Positions 22,847-33,513 of a DNA stretch of 64,000 bases are shown piece by piece. Within the stretch, counting starts at the first letter, position 1, and each line of letters begins with the position of its first letter. Origin of the DNA: Candidatus Fermentithermobacillaceae bacterium (GTDB lineage: Bacteria > Bacillota > Sulfobacillia > Fermentithermobacillales > Fermentithermobacillaceae); NCBI GenBank assembly GCA_012841375.1, contig DUUV01000028.1, positions 563 through 64,562 of the forward strand. The letters run 5' to 3'. Both the position numbers and the translations under genes were made by a program. The notes beneath the pieces are model-generated. The model ran no database searches, was not told where the DNA came from, and saw only the letters and a program-made list of their open reading frames with translations.

Positions 22847-25297
22847 ATGAAAGTGCCGTGGAAATGGCTGAATGAATACGTGGAGTTGGATTGGACTCCC
22901 GAGGAGGCTTGCGAGAGACTCACGCTCGCCGGGGTCAAGGTGGAGGAACTGACTTACGAAAAGGTTGACCTGTCGGGAGTGGTATCGGCGCTGGTAGAGG
23001 ATGTCTCTCCTCACCCTTCCAGGCCCGACTTGAGAGTGGGGCTCTTAAGCACAGGGACCGGACGCTTTACGGTGGTGAGCGGCGCTCCGGGCCTTCTGAA
23101 AGGAAATATGGTTCTCTTGGCCGTACCCGGTTCACGTCTACCGGGCGGAATGGCTGTCGAGACAAAGAGCGTGGCCGGAGTAGAGTCCCAAGGGATGGTC
23201 GTTTGCTCCAACGAAATTCTCGCCGGGGCGGAACACAGGCCCGGTGAGGACATCATCCTGTTGCCCGCAGGCATCCCCCTGGGGCTGGCTGCTCAGGAGA
23301 TCATCGATCTGGATGACTGGGTCATGGACCTGGACCTGACGGTCAACTACTCCCACTGCCTATCTATACTGGGAGTGGCGCTTGAGGCCTCAGTCCTGTC
23401 AGGAAAGCCCCTTAAGCTGCCCTCGCTCCTTGAGAAGTGGGACTGGGCAGGGCCCTGGGGAAGCCGGCGCCCAGAGGACGACCCGGAGATGCCGGGTGAG
23501 TGGAAGATCGAGCTGGCCGACCCTGACCTGTGCCCGCGCTACGTAGGCAAGCTGGTCAGAGGAGTCCGTCAGACGTACTCGCCGCCGGAAATTGAAAGAC
23601 GGCTCATGCTTGCCGGCATGCGCCCCATCAGCGCCATCGTCGACGCCACAAATTACGTGATGCTTGAGACCGGTCAGCCTCTCCATGCTTTCGACGCCGA
23701 CAAGCTGGAGGGGAGAGTCATCTGGGCCCGGAGGGCGAAGCGGGGAGAGGCCATAGAGACGCTTGACGGCGAGGAGAGGCCGCTGGACGAGGGTATGCTC
23801 GTGATAGCCGATGCCCATGGACCTGTCGCCGTGGCAGGCGTTATGGGAGGCGCGCGTACCGAAGTATCGGGCGAGACTCGTAATATCCTCCTGGAATCAG
23901 CCTTCTTCGCGCCAATCCCTACCCGGCGCGCATCGCGGAAGCTCAGGCTGCGCACGGAGGCCGCGCTGAGATTTGAGAAGACGCTGGACCCCACCGCTCA
24001 GCCTGTGGCCATTGAGAGGGCAGCCGGGCTCATATCCGAATACACGGGAGGAGTCCCCGAGCCGGCGAGAAGTGACGCCAACGTCATGGAGCCGGTGAAT
24101 AAGTCCATCTTGTTCTCTACGAGGGTCATTAAGAGAGCTTTGGGAGCCCCCATTTCCGCCGGTAGGTGCAGGGAGATATTCGAGAGCCTCCGGTTCGCGC
24201 CGGGTCCTGTGACCAAAGTCGGCGAATGGGAGACGATGGAGGTAACCGTCCCTCCCAGAAGAGTAGACATCGAAGAAGAGATCGACCTTTGCGAGGAGAT
24301 AGCGAGGCACCACGGCTACCACAACTTCGAGCCCAGGCTCCTTTCGCCGGCCACTCCGGGCGGGCCGCCGAGCAGAGAGTACGTCTGGTCCGACAAGCTG
24401 AAAGACTTCCTCGTGTCAATGGGTGGTCGCGAAGTGGTCACTACGTCGCTTCTCTCCCAGGAAGACCTCAATGCGATGGGTTGGGACGCGGGCGATGCCC
24501 GCGGCACCCCGGTACCGCTTCAAGACCCGTTGTCATCCAACGAGTCCGTCCTCAGGACGAGTCTCCTGCCCGGGCTCCTAAGGGTGGTCTTCAGGAATCA
24601 GAGCGTAAGGATGCCCGGAGGCTTCTTCTGGGAGACCGGACGGGTATTCTACCCGTCGGCCGAGGAATTACCTCTTGAGGCCCTGCAGTTGGGGCTGGCC
24701 ATGTACGGCAACTTGAGAGAGGCGAGCTGGGTAGAGGGATCTCTCGAAGCCACCTTCTACAGGCTTAAGGGGGTCGTGGAGGCCTTACTCAGGCTCATGG
24801 GACTGGAGGCGTCGTTCCTGCCGGGGGCGTCCATGCCTTTCCACCCGGGAATATCGGCACGAGTGGTCGCCGGCCATTCGACCGTCGGAGAGATCGGCGA
24901 GGTCCATCCACTGGTCATGAGAAACCTGAACCTGACCGGGAGGTGCGCCACAGGGTGGCTCTCCATCGAGGCCATCTTGGCGATGGCCAAAGAGAAGCGG
25001 TTCACTCCGGTATCCAGGTTCATGCAAGTCGAGCGGGACATAGCCGTCGCGGTGGACGCCGGTGTGCTTGCCGGCGACGTGATCAAGGTAGTCGAGGAGA
25101 CGGCGAGGGATCTGGCTTCGGTCAGGGTGTTTGACGTCTACGACAAGCCGCCCGTCCCAGAAGGCAAAAAGAGTCTCGCCCTCCGGTTGACGTACCGACC
25201 TTCCGATCGCACGCTGACAGAGGAAGACTTGTCGACCGACCGCGACAGGATAATCGATGCTCTCCGGGCCCGAGTGGGCGGAGAAATCCGCCTTTAG
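22847..25297 (+). CDS. pheT: Phenylalanine--tRNA ligase beta subunit
   Basis: MKVPWKWL, VDATNYVMLETGQPLHAFD, VPPRRVDI..EIDLCEEIAR and a C-terminal FDX-ACB domain. Confidence 0.97.
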   Translation: MKVPWKWLNEYVELDWTPEEACERLTLAGVKVEELTYEKVDLSGVVSALVEDVSPHPSRPDLRVGLLSTGTGRFTVVSGAPGLLKGNMVLLAVPGSRLPGGMAVETKSVAGVESQGMVVCSNEILAGAEHRPGEDIILLPAGIPLGLAAQEIIDLDDWVMDLDLTVNYSHCLSILGVALEASVLSGKPLKLPSLLEKWDWAGPWGSRRPEDDPEMPGEWKIELADPDLCPRYVGKLVRGVRQTYSPPEIERRLMLAGMRPISAIVDATNYVMLETGQPLHAFDADKLEGRVIWARRAKRGEAIETLDGEERPLDEGMLVIADAHGPVAVAGVMGGARTEVSGETRNILLESAFFAPIPTRRASRKLRLRTEAALRFEKTLDPTAQPVAIERAAGLISEYTGGVPEPARSDANVMEPVNKSILFSTRVIKRALGAPISAGRCREIFESLRFAPGPVTKVGEWETMEVTVPPRRVDIEEEIDLCEEIARHHGYHNFEPRLLSPATPGGPPSREYVWSDKLKDFLVSMGGREVVTTSLLSQEDLNAMGWDAGDARGTPVPLQDPLSSNESVLRTSLLPGLLRVVFRNQSVRMPGGFFWETGRVFYPSAEELPLEALQLGLAMYGNLREASWVEGSLEATFYRLKGVVEALLRLMGLEASFLPGASMPFHPGISARVVAGHSTVGEIGEVHPLVMRNLNLTGRCATGWLSIEAILAMAKEKRFTPVSRFMQVERDIAVAVDAGVLAGDVIKVVEETARDLASVRVFDVYDKPPVPEGKKSLALRLTYRPSDRTLTEEDLSTDRDRIIDALRARVGGEIRL

Positions 25298-25339
25298 GAC
25301 ATGAATAAGCGCGAATGACGTTCTCAGGATGATATTGCC

Positions 25340-25371
25340 GCCTCCTCGCCTTGAAGGCGAGGAGGCTTTTT
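25340..25371 (+). terminator. Intrinsic terminator after pheT
   Basis: GCCTCCTCGCC-TTGAA-GGCGAGGAGGC-TTTTT. Confidence 0.9.
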
Positions 25372-25423
25372 GAGCGCGCTCCCACGAACGGGCGGCCGAC
25401 GGCATCCTCAATCGTGCAAGGGA

Positions 25424-25452
25424 TCATAATCCGGTTCCCCATCACATATCTT
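25424..25452 (+). promoter_or_regulatory. sigma-E-like sporulation promoter
   Basis: TCATAAT-14 bp-CATATCTT, resembling the B. subtilis spoIID sigma-E promoter layout (TCATATT-14-CATAGACT). Confidence 0.55.
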
Positions 25453-25486
25453 TCCAGAGAAACTGAGCTCGAGAAGGGGATGGCGG

Positions 25487-26434
25487 GTGAGAGTCCCTAG
25501 ACGCTTTAGAGGCGTGGCCGCCCTCTTGGCCGTCATAGTGATATCGCTTCTTGGAAGAGCTGCAGCGGCTCCCGAAAACCCTGCTTTCGTGCGTAATGAC
25601 GAGCCCGCCGAACCCCTTGTCCCTTCCCGTATCCCCGTAAGGCGAAACGACGTCTACGACCTGAAGGTCCGTCTTGCCGAATTGGGCTTCTACTCGGGAC
25701 CCATCGATGACGTCTACGACGAGACTGCCGTGAGCGCAGTCAAGGCCTTTCAGAAGAGCTACTGGTTGACGCCTGACGGCGTGGTAGAGAAGACCACGTG
25801 GCGGGCACTTGGCCACGGAGTTACCCGCCCCTTCACCGAGGCGGTCGGAGAGCCTCCCGAAGGCCGTATAGAGATCGTCGTTGATACCTCCACGCTCACT
25901 CTGACCGTCCTTGTAGACGGAAACCCCTGGCGCGAATATCCCATCGCAGGAGGTAAATGGACGGATCTGACTCCCGTTGGCGAGTGGAAGATCGTCGACA
26001 AAGGATACAAGGTGGGAGGCCCGTTCGGCTCCCGCTGGATGGCTCTGAACGTCCCGTGGGGCAACTACGGCATTCACGGCACTGACAGGCCGTGGTCCAT
26101 CGGGTCTTACGCCAGCGCAGGATGTGTCCGCATGTTCAACGAGGATATCGAGGAGCTTTACGACTTGGTGGACGTCGGGACGAGCGTCAAGATCAAAGGG
26201 TACTTGCCTCCGCTTGACTGGAATCGCGCCTTTGTCTACGGGACGGAGGGCCCCGAGATCGTGGTCCTCCAGGAAGGGCTCCGGCAGTTCGGTTTCGACG
26301 CAGGTCCGTGCGACGGCATCCTTGGCGAGCGGACAGATGCGATGCTCGATGAAATGGCGTCCCTCTTCGGTTTTGGCAGAGGAAGGACCGCGGTCCGTGA
26401 CCTAATCACAGTAATGGGGATAAGGGGAAGATGA
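25487..26434 (+). CDS. L,D-transpeptidase (YkuD domain) with flanking peptidoglycan-binding domains
   Basis: Signal peptide, PG-binding motif AVKAFQKSYWLTPDGVV, catalytic YGIHGT...ASAGCVRM. Confidence 0.92.
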   Translation: MRVPRRFRGVAALLAVIVISLLGRAAAAPENPAFVRNDEPAEPLVPSRIPVRRNDVYDLKVRLAELGFYSGPIDDVYDETAVSAVKAFQKSYWLTPDGVVEKTTWRALGHGVTRPFTEAVGEPPEGRIEIVVDTSTLTLTVLVDGNPWREYPIAGGKWTDLTPVGEWKIVDKGYKVGGPFGSRWMALNVPWGNYGIHGTDRPWSIGSYASAGCVRMFNEDIEELYDLVDVGTSVKIKGYLPPLDWNRAFVYGTEGPEIVVLQEGLRQFGFDAGPCDGILGERTDAMLDEMASLFGFGRGRTAVRDLITVMGIRGR

Positions 26435-26488
26435 TATGGCGAAGGGGTTTGTCTTCCTGTCAGGAACCGGCCTGAGAGCGGTGCTTGG

Positions 26489-27691
26489 ATGAGGTACGTA
26501 AGGATGCCCTTCCGGCTAAGAAGGTTGATCGCCGCTTTTTGCCTGGTTGCCCTTACCGCAACGCTCTCTTGCCTAACGCGCGCGGAAGGCCCCGAGAAGT
26601 ACGACCTTCAAGGCGTCAGGCTGGTCGTGTGGGACTCGCTTCAAGCCAAATTTCCGGGACACAGCGATTATTCGGAAGAGGTGTCCCGGGTGATAAGCGC
26701 TTTTTGCCTGGAGACCGGTGTGACCGTAGACCTCCATTACGCCGAAAGGCGTGAAGTCCTGGAACTCTTGTCGGACCCGGGTCCTCGTCAGGAACCTCAC
26801 CTTGTTTTTTCCGGTGAGTGGCCCGTCATATCCGGTAACTTGCAGGACATCCGGGGCGACGTAGACCCGGAACTCTTCATCGATGCGGCTCAGGCTTATT
26901 GGATGAGGGACGACCGGCTCTTCGGCATACCCGCTTTCATCCAGTGGACCGGCACTGCCGTCAAAGGAGCGGGGGCATTGGATGAAACAGGGGCCGGAGA
27001 CGACCCCGACACCGAACTCCCGCCACCAGAGCCTGCGAGGACAGGGTATTGGGTCGATTCGCCGGCTTTCCTCCGGTGCGCCCTGGACGCGCCCGGAGCG
27101 TCATGGGACGCGGAGCGTGTTATCGAGTACTTAGAGTGGGCCAAAGACTCGTTCGGCCTCTATACGGCCGACCCACTCCTATCGTGGCAAACGGGCGAAG
27201 TAGATGCCCTTTACCCGGTAAACCCCTACCTCTACAAATGGCTCAAGGTATCACAGTCAGGTGATGTCTCGGTCAAGATTGTTCCTCCCGAAACGCCGTT
27301 CGGGGACAGCCGGTTCCACTATACGGTGCCTGCCTATGTCGTCCTCTGTGAGGAAGCGCGCGAGAAGGCCGCCGCCGCGCAACTGGGACGGCGCCTTGCG
27401 GCAAGCCTGGGTAGGTGGGCGGCCAGGACACTCGGATGTATTCCGGCGCTTATAGATGACATGCCCATCTTCAACTTGGAGAGCGACTTCACCTACGCCG
27501 AACGCCGGAGACTATGGGACTCGGTGAGCCAGGGAAAGTCCGTCGCCCCGGACATCTCGGAATACCTCGAGACGTCATCGCTCGCGGGAGCGCTGGTCGA
27601 CCCGCTGGAGATGTTCCTTTCCGGGAAATCGACGGCCGGCGATCTGAAAGAGCTCATCCGCGGGGCTTTCTCAAGGCATACTAGACCGTAG
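26489..27691 (+). CDS. Secreted hypothetical protein, possibly a distant extracellular solute-binding protein
   Basis: N-terminal signal peptide and an LFGIPAF segment reminiscent of family-1 substrate-binding proteins. Confidence 0.5.
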   Translation: MRYVRMPFRLRRLIAAFCLVALTATLSCLTRAEGPEKYDLQGVRLVVWDSLQAKFPGHSDYSEEVSRVISAFCLETGVTVDLHYAERREVLELLSDPGPRQEPHLVFSGEWPVISGNLQDIRGDVDPELFIDAAQAYWMRDDRLFGIPAFIQWTGTAVKGAGALDETGAGDDPDTELPPPEPARTGYWVDSPAFLRCALDAPGASWDAERVIEYLEWAKDSFGLYTADPLLSWQTGEVDALYPVNPYLYKWLKVSQSGDVSVKIVPPETPFGDSRFHYTVPAYVVLCEEAREKAAAAQLGRRLAASLGRWAARTLGCIPALIDDMPIFNLESDFTYAERRRLWDSVSQGKSVAPDISEYLETSSLAGALVDPLEMFLSGKSTAGDLKELIRGAFSRHTRP

Positions 27692-27726
27692 GGCGTTTAG
27701 CCCCAGTAGACCTCGGAGGCGATTCT

Positions 27727-28350
27727 TTGCAGGCTTTCTTGGAACTACTTGGCATCTCGGTCTTTCGCACGGTGCTTCTCTTCTTGCTGACACTCGTGGC
27801 AGTCAGAGTGAGCGGCAAACGATCGGTCGCGCAGTTGGCGCCTTTCGATCTGACCATCATAATCATGATGGGTTCCATCGCCGCACTTCCGCTTGAAGAC
27901 CCGGAAATCAGCATCTGGGCAGGCATCATACCCATCGTGGTTCTATCTGTCCTTGAGTATGTCCTGAGCGCCCTGACGGTCAGGTGGAGGGGGCTGGAGA
28001 AGGTCACCCAAGGGATGTCCACTCCGGTCGTCTTGAACGGCCAGGTCCTGTACGACAATCTGAAAAAGGAGAGGGTCTCGGAAGCGGACCTTCACATAAT
28101 CCTCAGGCAGGCCGGAGCCGAACGGCTCGAGGATATCGCCCTGGCGGTCCTCGAGCCCACAGGACAGTGCTCGGTCATTAAGAAAAAGGAATCCCAACCG
28201 GTTACTCTGAAGGACATGGATCTCATGACGCTCACCAGGATGGACGCCATCAGGGAGCAGGTAGCCGGGCGCGGCAAGGAACGTCTCGCGGATGTCATCC
28301 AGGCGGTATCCCGAAGGAGTTCGTCCGGCAGGAAGCGAAACATGGTCTAG
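27727..28350 (+). CDS. DUF421 (YetF-like) membrane protein
   Basis: VRVSGKRSVAQLAPFDL..IMMGSIAA, LKKERVS, AVLEPTG. Confidence 0.9.
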   Translation: MQAFLELLGISVFRTVLLFLLTLVAVRVSGKRSVAQLAPFDLTIIIMMGSIAALPLEDPEISIWAGIIPIVVLSVLEYVLSALTVRWRGLEKVTQGMSTPVVLNGQVLYDNLKKERVSEADLHIILRQAGAERLEDIALAVLEPTGQCSVIKKKESQPVTLKDMDLMTLTRMDAIREQVAGRGKERLADVIQAVSRRSSSGRKRNMV

Positions 28351-28397
28351 ATACGCGATTGTCTCGCGGTTCTCAGCCGTGACGAGGAGGGACTGCC

Positions 28398-28967
28398 GTG
28401 CTTCAGGAAGTGAGGGCCAGGGCCCTGGATTTTGCTTCGTACCTTGAGAAAGCCGATATGAACGTGCCGACCATGCGTGAGAACTTCAATGATACGGAGA
28501 TAGGTGAGGATGATCGCGAGTATTTCGCCCGCCTTGCCGGGAGGCTCCCCGGGGGCTCGGTTTCGGTCCTGGCGCTCTCCGAGTCCTGGTGTGGCGACTG
28601 CGTAGAGAACCTGCCCGTATTCGCCAAGGTAGCCTCGGAGTACCCGTTTCTATGCCTCTTGATCGTCCCAAGGGACACGAACCTTGACATCATGGACCGG
28701 TACCTCACGGACGGCAAGAGGACAATACCTGTCTTTGTGTTCTTTGACGAGTCCGGAGAGGAGTTCGGGAGGTTCATCGAGCGTCCTCCGGGCGCGCACC
28801 GGTTCTTGGACGAAGCCAGACGCAGGCTGGCGGGTCTGGACCCTGATGCGCAGAAAAGAGGTATGTACAAAGCCAGGGCCGACCTGAGGAAGCTCTACAA
28901 AGAAGGTCTCCGCGACGAAACAATCGGGGCCATACGGCAAATACTGGAGAGCAGGTATGGATCCTAA
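28398..28967 (+). CDS. Thioredoxin-fold protein
   Basis: SESWCGDC active site, YLTDGKRTIPVFVF. Confidence 0.88.
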   Translation: MLQEVRARALDFASYLEKADMNVPTMRENFNDTEIGEDDREYFARLAGRLPGGSVSVLALSESWCGDCVENLPVFAKVASEYPFLCLLIVPRDTNLDIMDRYLTDGKRTIPVFVFFDESGEEFGRFIERPPGAHRFLDEARRRLAGLDPDAQKRGMYKARADLRKLYKEGLRDETIGAIRQILESRYGS

Positions 28968-31335
28968 GACTCTGGAGCTCCTGGAGTTTAGGAAGGTCCA
29001 GGAGATGCTGGCCAGGGAAGCGGACACGGATTTCGGGCGACAAAGGGCGCTGGAGGCGCTGCCCACCTCTACTGCCGTAGCCAGAGAAGCTCAGAGACTG
29101 GGTAGGGAACTCATGGAGGTCCTGTCCAGAACCGCGTCTCCCGGGCTCTCGGGCGCCACCGAGGTGAGGCCCAAGGTGAGCGCCGCCTCTCAGGGCGTTG
29201 TCCTTCAGGGGCCCGACCTAAAGCGCATCCTGGACACGGTCACAGTCATGGAGAGCCTCTCCCGCTGGCTTGACCGCGTGTCTTCCGGTCACCCCGAACT
29301 CACCCGTGTTCGGAACCTGATACCATCCCTTCCTCACCTGCGGTCCCGGCTATATGAAACGGTTGGCGTGGACGGCGAGATCAAAGACTCGGCCAGCCCC
29401 ACGCTACAGAGCATCCGCCGGTCCCTAATGGATTTTCGGGACAGGTTGAGGAAAAGGGCCGAAGAACTGGCTCGCCGCAAGGACATAGCCCAGTATCTTC
29501 AGGAATCAATCGTCTCAATCCGGGACGGGAGGTACGTGCTGCCGGTCCGCCAGGAACATGCCTCCAAGATAGGAGGGTTGGTCCACGACCAGTCCGCTTC
29601 GGGCCAGACGCTCTTTGTGGAGCCGCCCGAACTCTTGGAGATGGCCAACCAGATGAGGCGGCTCGAACTCAGGGAGCGGGACGAGATCGACAGGATACTG
29701 GTTGAGGTCTCGGCCATGGTCGGAGATGCCAAGGGGCTCCTTGACTCGGGGTGCCGGGCTCTCTCGGATTTCGACTTCGCTCTCGCCAAGGCAAGGCTTG
29801 GCTTCCGGTGGAAAGGGTCTTTTCCCACCTTGTCGAGTGAGCGCGTGCTCAAGTTGAGCGAAGCGTGGCACCCGATGCTGAAAGGGAACCCGGTGCCCAT
29901 GGACATCTCCCTGTCGGAAGATGAAACCAGGACCGTCGTCATCACCGGCCCCAATATGGGCGGGAAGACCGTCGCCCTCAAGACGTGCGGCCTCTTGACG
30001 GCTATGGCACTGTCGGGTTTCCCGTGCCCATGCAGGGAAAAGACCGTGGTTGGAGAGATCACTGACGTCCTCTCGGATATTGGAGATGAGCAATCCATCG
30101 AAGAAGATTTGAGCACGTTCTCTGCCCATATCTCCAACGTCGTCAGGATACTTGAGGAGGCAGGGCCGGGGAAGCTCATCCTTATGGACGAGCTGGGAGC
30201 CGGGACCGACCCTCAAGAAGGGGCTGCCCTGGCACTGGCCGTGGTGAAGCGCCTGAACGATTCGGGCGCCCTTTCGGTTGTCACAAGCCACTTCAGCGAG
30301 CTGAAGGTAGCCGCCCAGGAAACCCCGGGGATGCGGAACGCCTCTGTCGAATGGGACGCCGTGAACATGCTTCCCACTTACCGCCTGGTCGTAGGCAGGC
30401 CGGGCCGCTCCAACGCTTTCCTCGTAGCCAGGAGGCTGGGATTGCCTGAAGATGTCCTCGAGGACGCGAGAGCCAATATGCACGAGAACCTACTCCACCT
30501 CGACGACATCATCGAAGACATGGAGAAGTCGGCTCAAAGAAGCAGGGAGGAGGCCCATGCCGCGGCCTTGGACAGGCAGAAGGCTGCCCGGCTCCTCTCT
30601 GAATGGGAAGAGAAATCGAGGGCGCTGGAAGCGTCGAGAAAAGAGATCTTGAGCCAGGCAAGACAGGAAGCGGCCTCGATTGTGACCCGGGCCAGGGTCG
30701 AACTGGAGAAGGCGATCAAGGAATTTCGAGACTGGGGTAAGCGGGGGAAGTCTGACTACGCCGCAGCCGTAAGGGAGGCCCGGGATCGCCTGAGGTCCGC
30801 GCGGGACGAGTTCGGTCCGGAGGACAAGGCGGTCGCCGAAGGTTCTCCGGTCTTGCCTGAGCAAGCCGTTCCCGGCATCGAGGTTACGGTCTCAGGGTTT
30901 CGCGAGACAGGCGTCCTGGTTGAGCCGCCCGATGACGAAGGATCGGTTGTCGTGAGGGTAGGGTCTCTGACCATGCGGACTCCGCTCCAAGACCTGCGCC
31001 ATGCGCAAGGTGGAGAGAAAGAGCGCCGGGATCAAAGCCCGGCCGCCAAAGAGAAACGGCCGGACGTGTCTTGGCAAAAGGCCCAGGAAGTCTCGTTTGA
31101 GATCGACCTAAGGGGCATGACCGTGGAAGAAGCCTTGACCGCTCTGGACAAACACTTGGACGACGCGCTCCTGGCAGGACTCACGCAGGTCAGGATAATC
31201 CACGGAAAAGGGACCGGCGCCCTTCGAAAGGCGGTCTCCGAGTACCTCCGGTCAGATTCCAGGGTCGCCGGGTCGCGCCTGGGCGAAGCCGGAGAAGGGG
31301 GAGCCGGAGTCACGGTGGCCAAGGTCAGAACCTAG
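28957..31335 (+). CDS. mutS2: Endonuclease MutS2
   Basis: ITGPNMGGKT, SDIGDEQSIE, DELGAGTDP and a C-terminal Smr domain (IDLRG...IIHGKGTG). Confidence 0.97.
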   Translation: MDPKTLELLEFRKVQEMLAREADTDFGRQRALEALPTSTAVAREAQRLGRELMEVLSRTASPGLSGATEVRPKVSAASQGVVLQGPDLKRILDTVTVMESLSRWLDRVSSGHPELTRVRNLIPSLPHLRSRLYETVGVDGEIKDSASPTLQSIRRSLMDFRDRLRKRAEELARRKDIAQYLQESIVSIRDGRYVLPVRQEHASKIGGLVHDQSASGQTLFVEPPELLEMANQMRRLELRERDEIDRILVEVSAMVGDAKGLLDSGCRALSDFDFALAKARLGFRWKGSFPTLSSERVLKLSEAWHPMLKGNPVPMDISLSEDETRTVVITGPNMGGKTVALKTCGLLTAMALSGFPCPCREKTVVGEITDVLSDIGDEQSIEEDLSTFSAHISNVVRILEEAGPGKLILMDELGAGTDPQEGAALALAVVKRLNDSGALSVVTSHFSELKVAAQETPGMRNASVEWDAVNMLPTYRLVVGRPGRSNAFLVARRLGLPEDVLEDARANMHENLLHLDDIIEDMEKSAQRSREEAHAAALDRQKAARLLSEWEEKSRALEASRKEILSQARQEAASIVTRARVELEKAIKEFRDWGKRGKSDYAAAVREARDRLRSARDEFGPEDKAVAEGSPVLPEQAVPGIEVTVSGFRETGVLVEPPDDEGSVVVRVGSLTMRTPLQDLRHAQGGEKERRDQSPAAKEKRPDVSWQKAQEVSFEIDLRGMTVEEALTALDKHLDDALLAGLTQVRIIHGKGTGALRKAVSEYLRSDSRVAGSRLGEAGEGGAGVTVAKVRT

Positions 31336-33355
31336 GCGCGTGCCCGTGGGGGCATATCCCGACAGGGATCTGGTTCTTGATGAAGTACTCCGTGTAGATG
31401 TCTTCTGCAGGGCAATAAGGCCCCGGCATCAGCGTCGTCTGCTTGCATATCTTCAGGGAGATTATGCTCTGAGGAGGAGTGAAGCCCGCCGTCTCGTCCT
31501 TGCATATCTCTCGCATCATCTTACCCCATATCATGGCAGGATAGCTTCCGCCCGTGATCTTCCACTGCTCCATGGTCTTTGCCTGGTCGAAGCCCATCCA
31601 GACGATGCCCACCGTATTCGGAGTGTAACCTGCGAACCAAGCGTCCTTCCAATCGCTGGTCGTCCCGGTCTTGCCGGCGGCAGGTTTGCCGATGTTGGCG
31701 GCCCCGCCGGTTCCGTGCCGGATCACGTCCTCTAGCATGCTCGTCATGAGAAACGCGCTCTCTTCCGAAATGGCCAGGGTCCGCTTGGTGTTATGCTCCT
31801 CCAAGGGGTTGCCGTCCTTGTCTTCAACCCTGAGGATTGTGATGGGCTCAACCCGAATCCCCCTGTTCGCCAGTGTCCCGTAGGCGACGGCCATATCCAG
31901 GGGAGAGACCCCGTATGTCAGTCCTCCCAGGGCGAGGGACCTGGTGTAGTCGTTCCGTCCATCGGGCGTCCTCTCCTTGACCAGTGAGGTTATGCCCATC
32001 TTCTCGGCGGTCTCAAGCGACTTGGGGATGCCTACCATGTCTTGGACTTTGCAGGCGATCACGTTGAGGGATTCCTGCACCGCATACCTGATGGTGACCG
32101 GCACGCCTGAGAAGGTCCCGCTGTAGTTCCGGGGAGAGAACTCTTCTCCCGTGACCGGGTCGGTCCAAGTCACAGGGGTGTCTTCCACAAAAGTCGTCGG
32201 CGTGATCCCCGCTTCCAGGGCGGGGACGTATACTGCCAGCGGTTTGAAGGCCGAACCGGGTTGTCTCTTGGTGTCGACGGCCCTGTTCCAGGCAAGCATC
32301 TCCTCATGCTTGCGGCCGCCCGACATGGCCAGGATATGACCGGTGTCGGCATCCAGGACCACGGCCGCGGCCTGCATGCTCTCGGCGTCCCGGTACGGGA
32401 AATCGGCGTCCAGAGTGTCGGCAATGGCTTTATCCATGGCCCGCTGGGCGGCGGGGTCGTAGGTCGTGTAGACCCTGAGGCCACCGCCGTAGACGGTCTC
32501 CGAAGGGTACCTTGCGAGCAGCTGTTTCAGCACATAGTCGAAGAAATACGCGCCCTCAGTATCGGCGACGGTTCCCCTTTCCAGAGTCTCAAGGGGTACT
32601 TGCTTGTACTCGGCCGCCTCCTCGGGAGAGATAAAGCCGTAAAAGGCCATCTGGTCAAGGACTTGGTTCCGTTTGGTGAGGGCCCCTTGAGGGTTGTCCG
32701 CAGGATCGTAGAGATAAGGCCCGTTGATCATGCCGGCGAGAAACGCCGCCTCGTCGACGGTGATGTCTCTCACCGACTTACCGAAAAACGCCTTGGCCGC
32801 GGCTTCTGGGCCGTATGCCCCTCTACCGTAGGGGACGATGTTTACATACATCTCCAGGATTTCGTCCTTGGTGAACTGTCGTTCCAGTTTGAGGGCGAGC
32901 ATGGCGTCTTGGATCTTACGGGTCAAGGTTTGCTCGTCAGTGAGGAAAGCCTTCTTGGCCAGCTGTTGGGTAATGGTGCTGCCGCCCTGAAAGTCTTGTT
33001 TGGTGACGTTCAGGAACAAGGCCCGGGCGATGGCCCTGATGTCCACTCCGATATGTGAGTAGAACCTGTGGTCCTCGGCAGCCAGCACCGCGTTTTTGAA
33101 GTGCTCCGGCAGCTCCTTGATATCGACCACCACTCTGTTTTCGGTCGAGTGTAGCTCCGACCACAGGTCCCCGTTTCTGTCGTACACGAAGGACGTCTCA
33201 GACGGTTTGGGTTCAAGGTTGGCGAGAGTAGGCAGGGCCTCATAGGCCTTGGAAACCATATACATGGCGAAACCGCCTGCGGCCAGGCCCGCAAAAAGGA
33301 TAGTGAAGAGAAAGATGTCCAGCCACGGTATTCGTCTTTGCCTCTTCTTAGCCAC
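31325..33355 (-). CDS. Class A penicillin-binding protein (PBP1A family)
   Basis: Transglycosylase EDHRFY, GGSTITQQL and RKIQD. Transpeptidase SAFK, SLN and KTG. Confidence 0.96.
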   Translation of the reverse strand: MAKKRQRRIPWLDIFLFTILFAGLAAGGFAMYMVSKAYEALPTLANLEPKPSETSFVYDRNGDLWSELHSTENRVVVDIKELPEHFKNAVLAAEDHRFYSHIGVDIRAIARALFLNVTKQDFQGGSTITQQLAKKAFLTDEQTLTRKIQDAMLALKLERQFTKDEILEMYVNIVPYGRGAYGPEAAAKAFFGKSVRDITVDEAAFLAGMINGPYLYDPADNPQGALTKRNQVLDQMAFYGFISPEEAAEYKQVPLETLERGTVADTEGAYFFDYVLKQLLARYPSETVYGGGLRVYTTYDPAAQRAMDKAIADTLDADFPYRDAESMQAAAVVLDADTGHILAMSGGRKHEEMLAWNRAVDTKRQPGSAFKPLAVYVPALEAGITPTTFVEDTPVTWTDPVTGEEFSPRNYSGTFSGVPVTIRYAVQESLNVIACKVQDMVGIPKSLETAEKMGITSLVKERTPDGRNDYTRSLALGGLTYGVSPLDMAVAYGTLANRGIRVEPITILRVEDKDGNPLEEHNTKRTLAISEESAFLMTSMLEDVIRHGTGGAANIGKPAAGKTGTTSDWKDAWFAGYTPNTVGIVWMGFDQAKTMEQWKITGGSYPAMIWGKMMREICKDETAGFTPPQSIISLKICKQTTLMPGPYCPAEDIYTEYFIKNQIPVGICPHGHAPRF

Positions 33356-33513
33356 TTGTTCACATCCCCCGCAGGGTTATTGTACTCTAAGACAGGCCTC
33401 AGGAGCCCAAGCAGTCCAGTATCACAGACGAAAAAGCCGGATAGTCAGGTTCCCCCATTATAACATCGAAGACATGATATAATCCCTGGAAACGAACCCG
33501 GGAGGAAGCCCCC

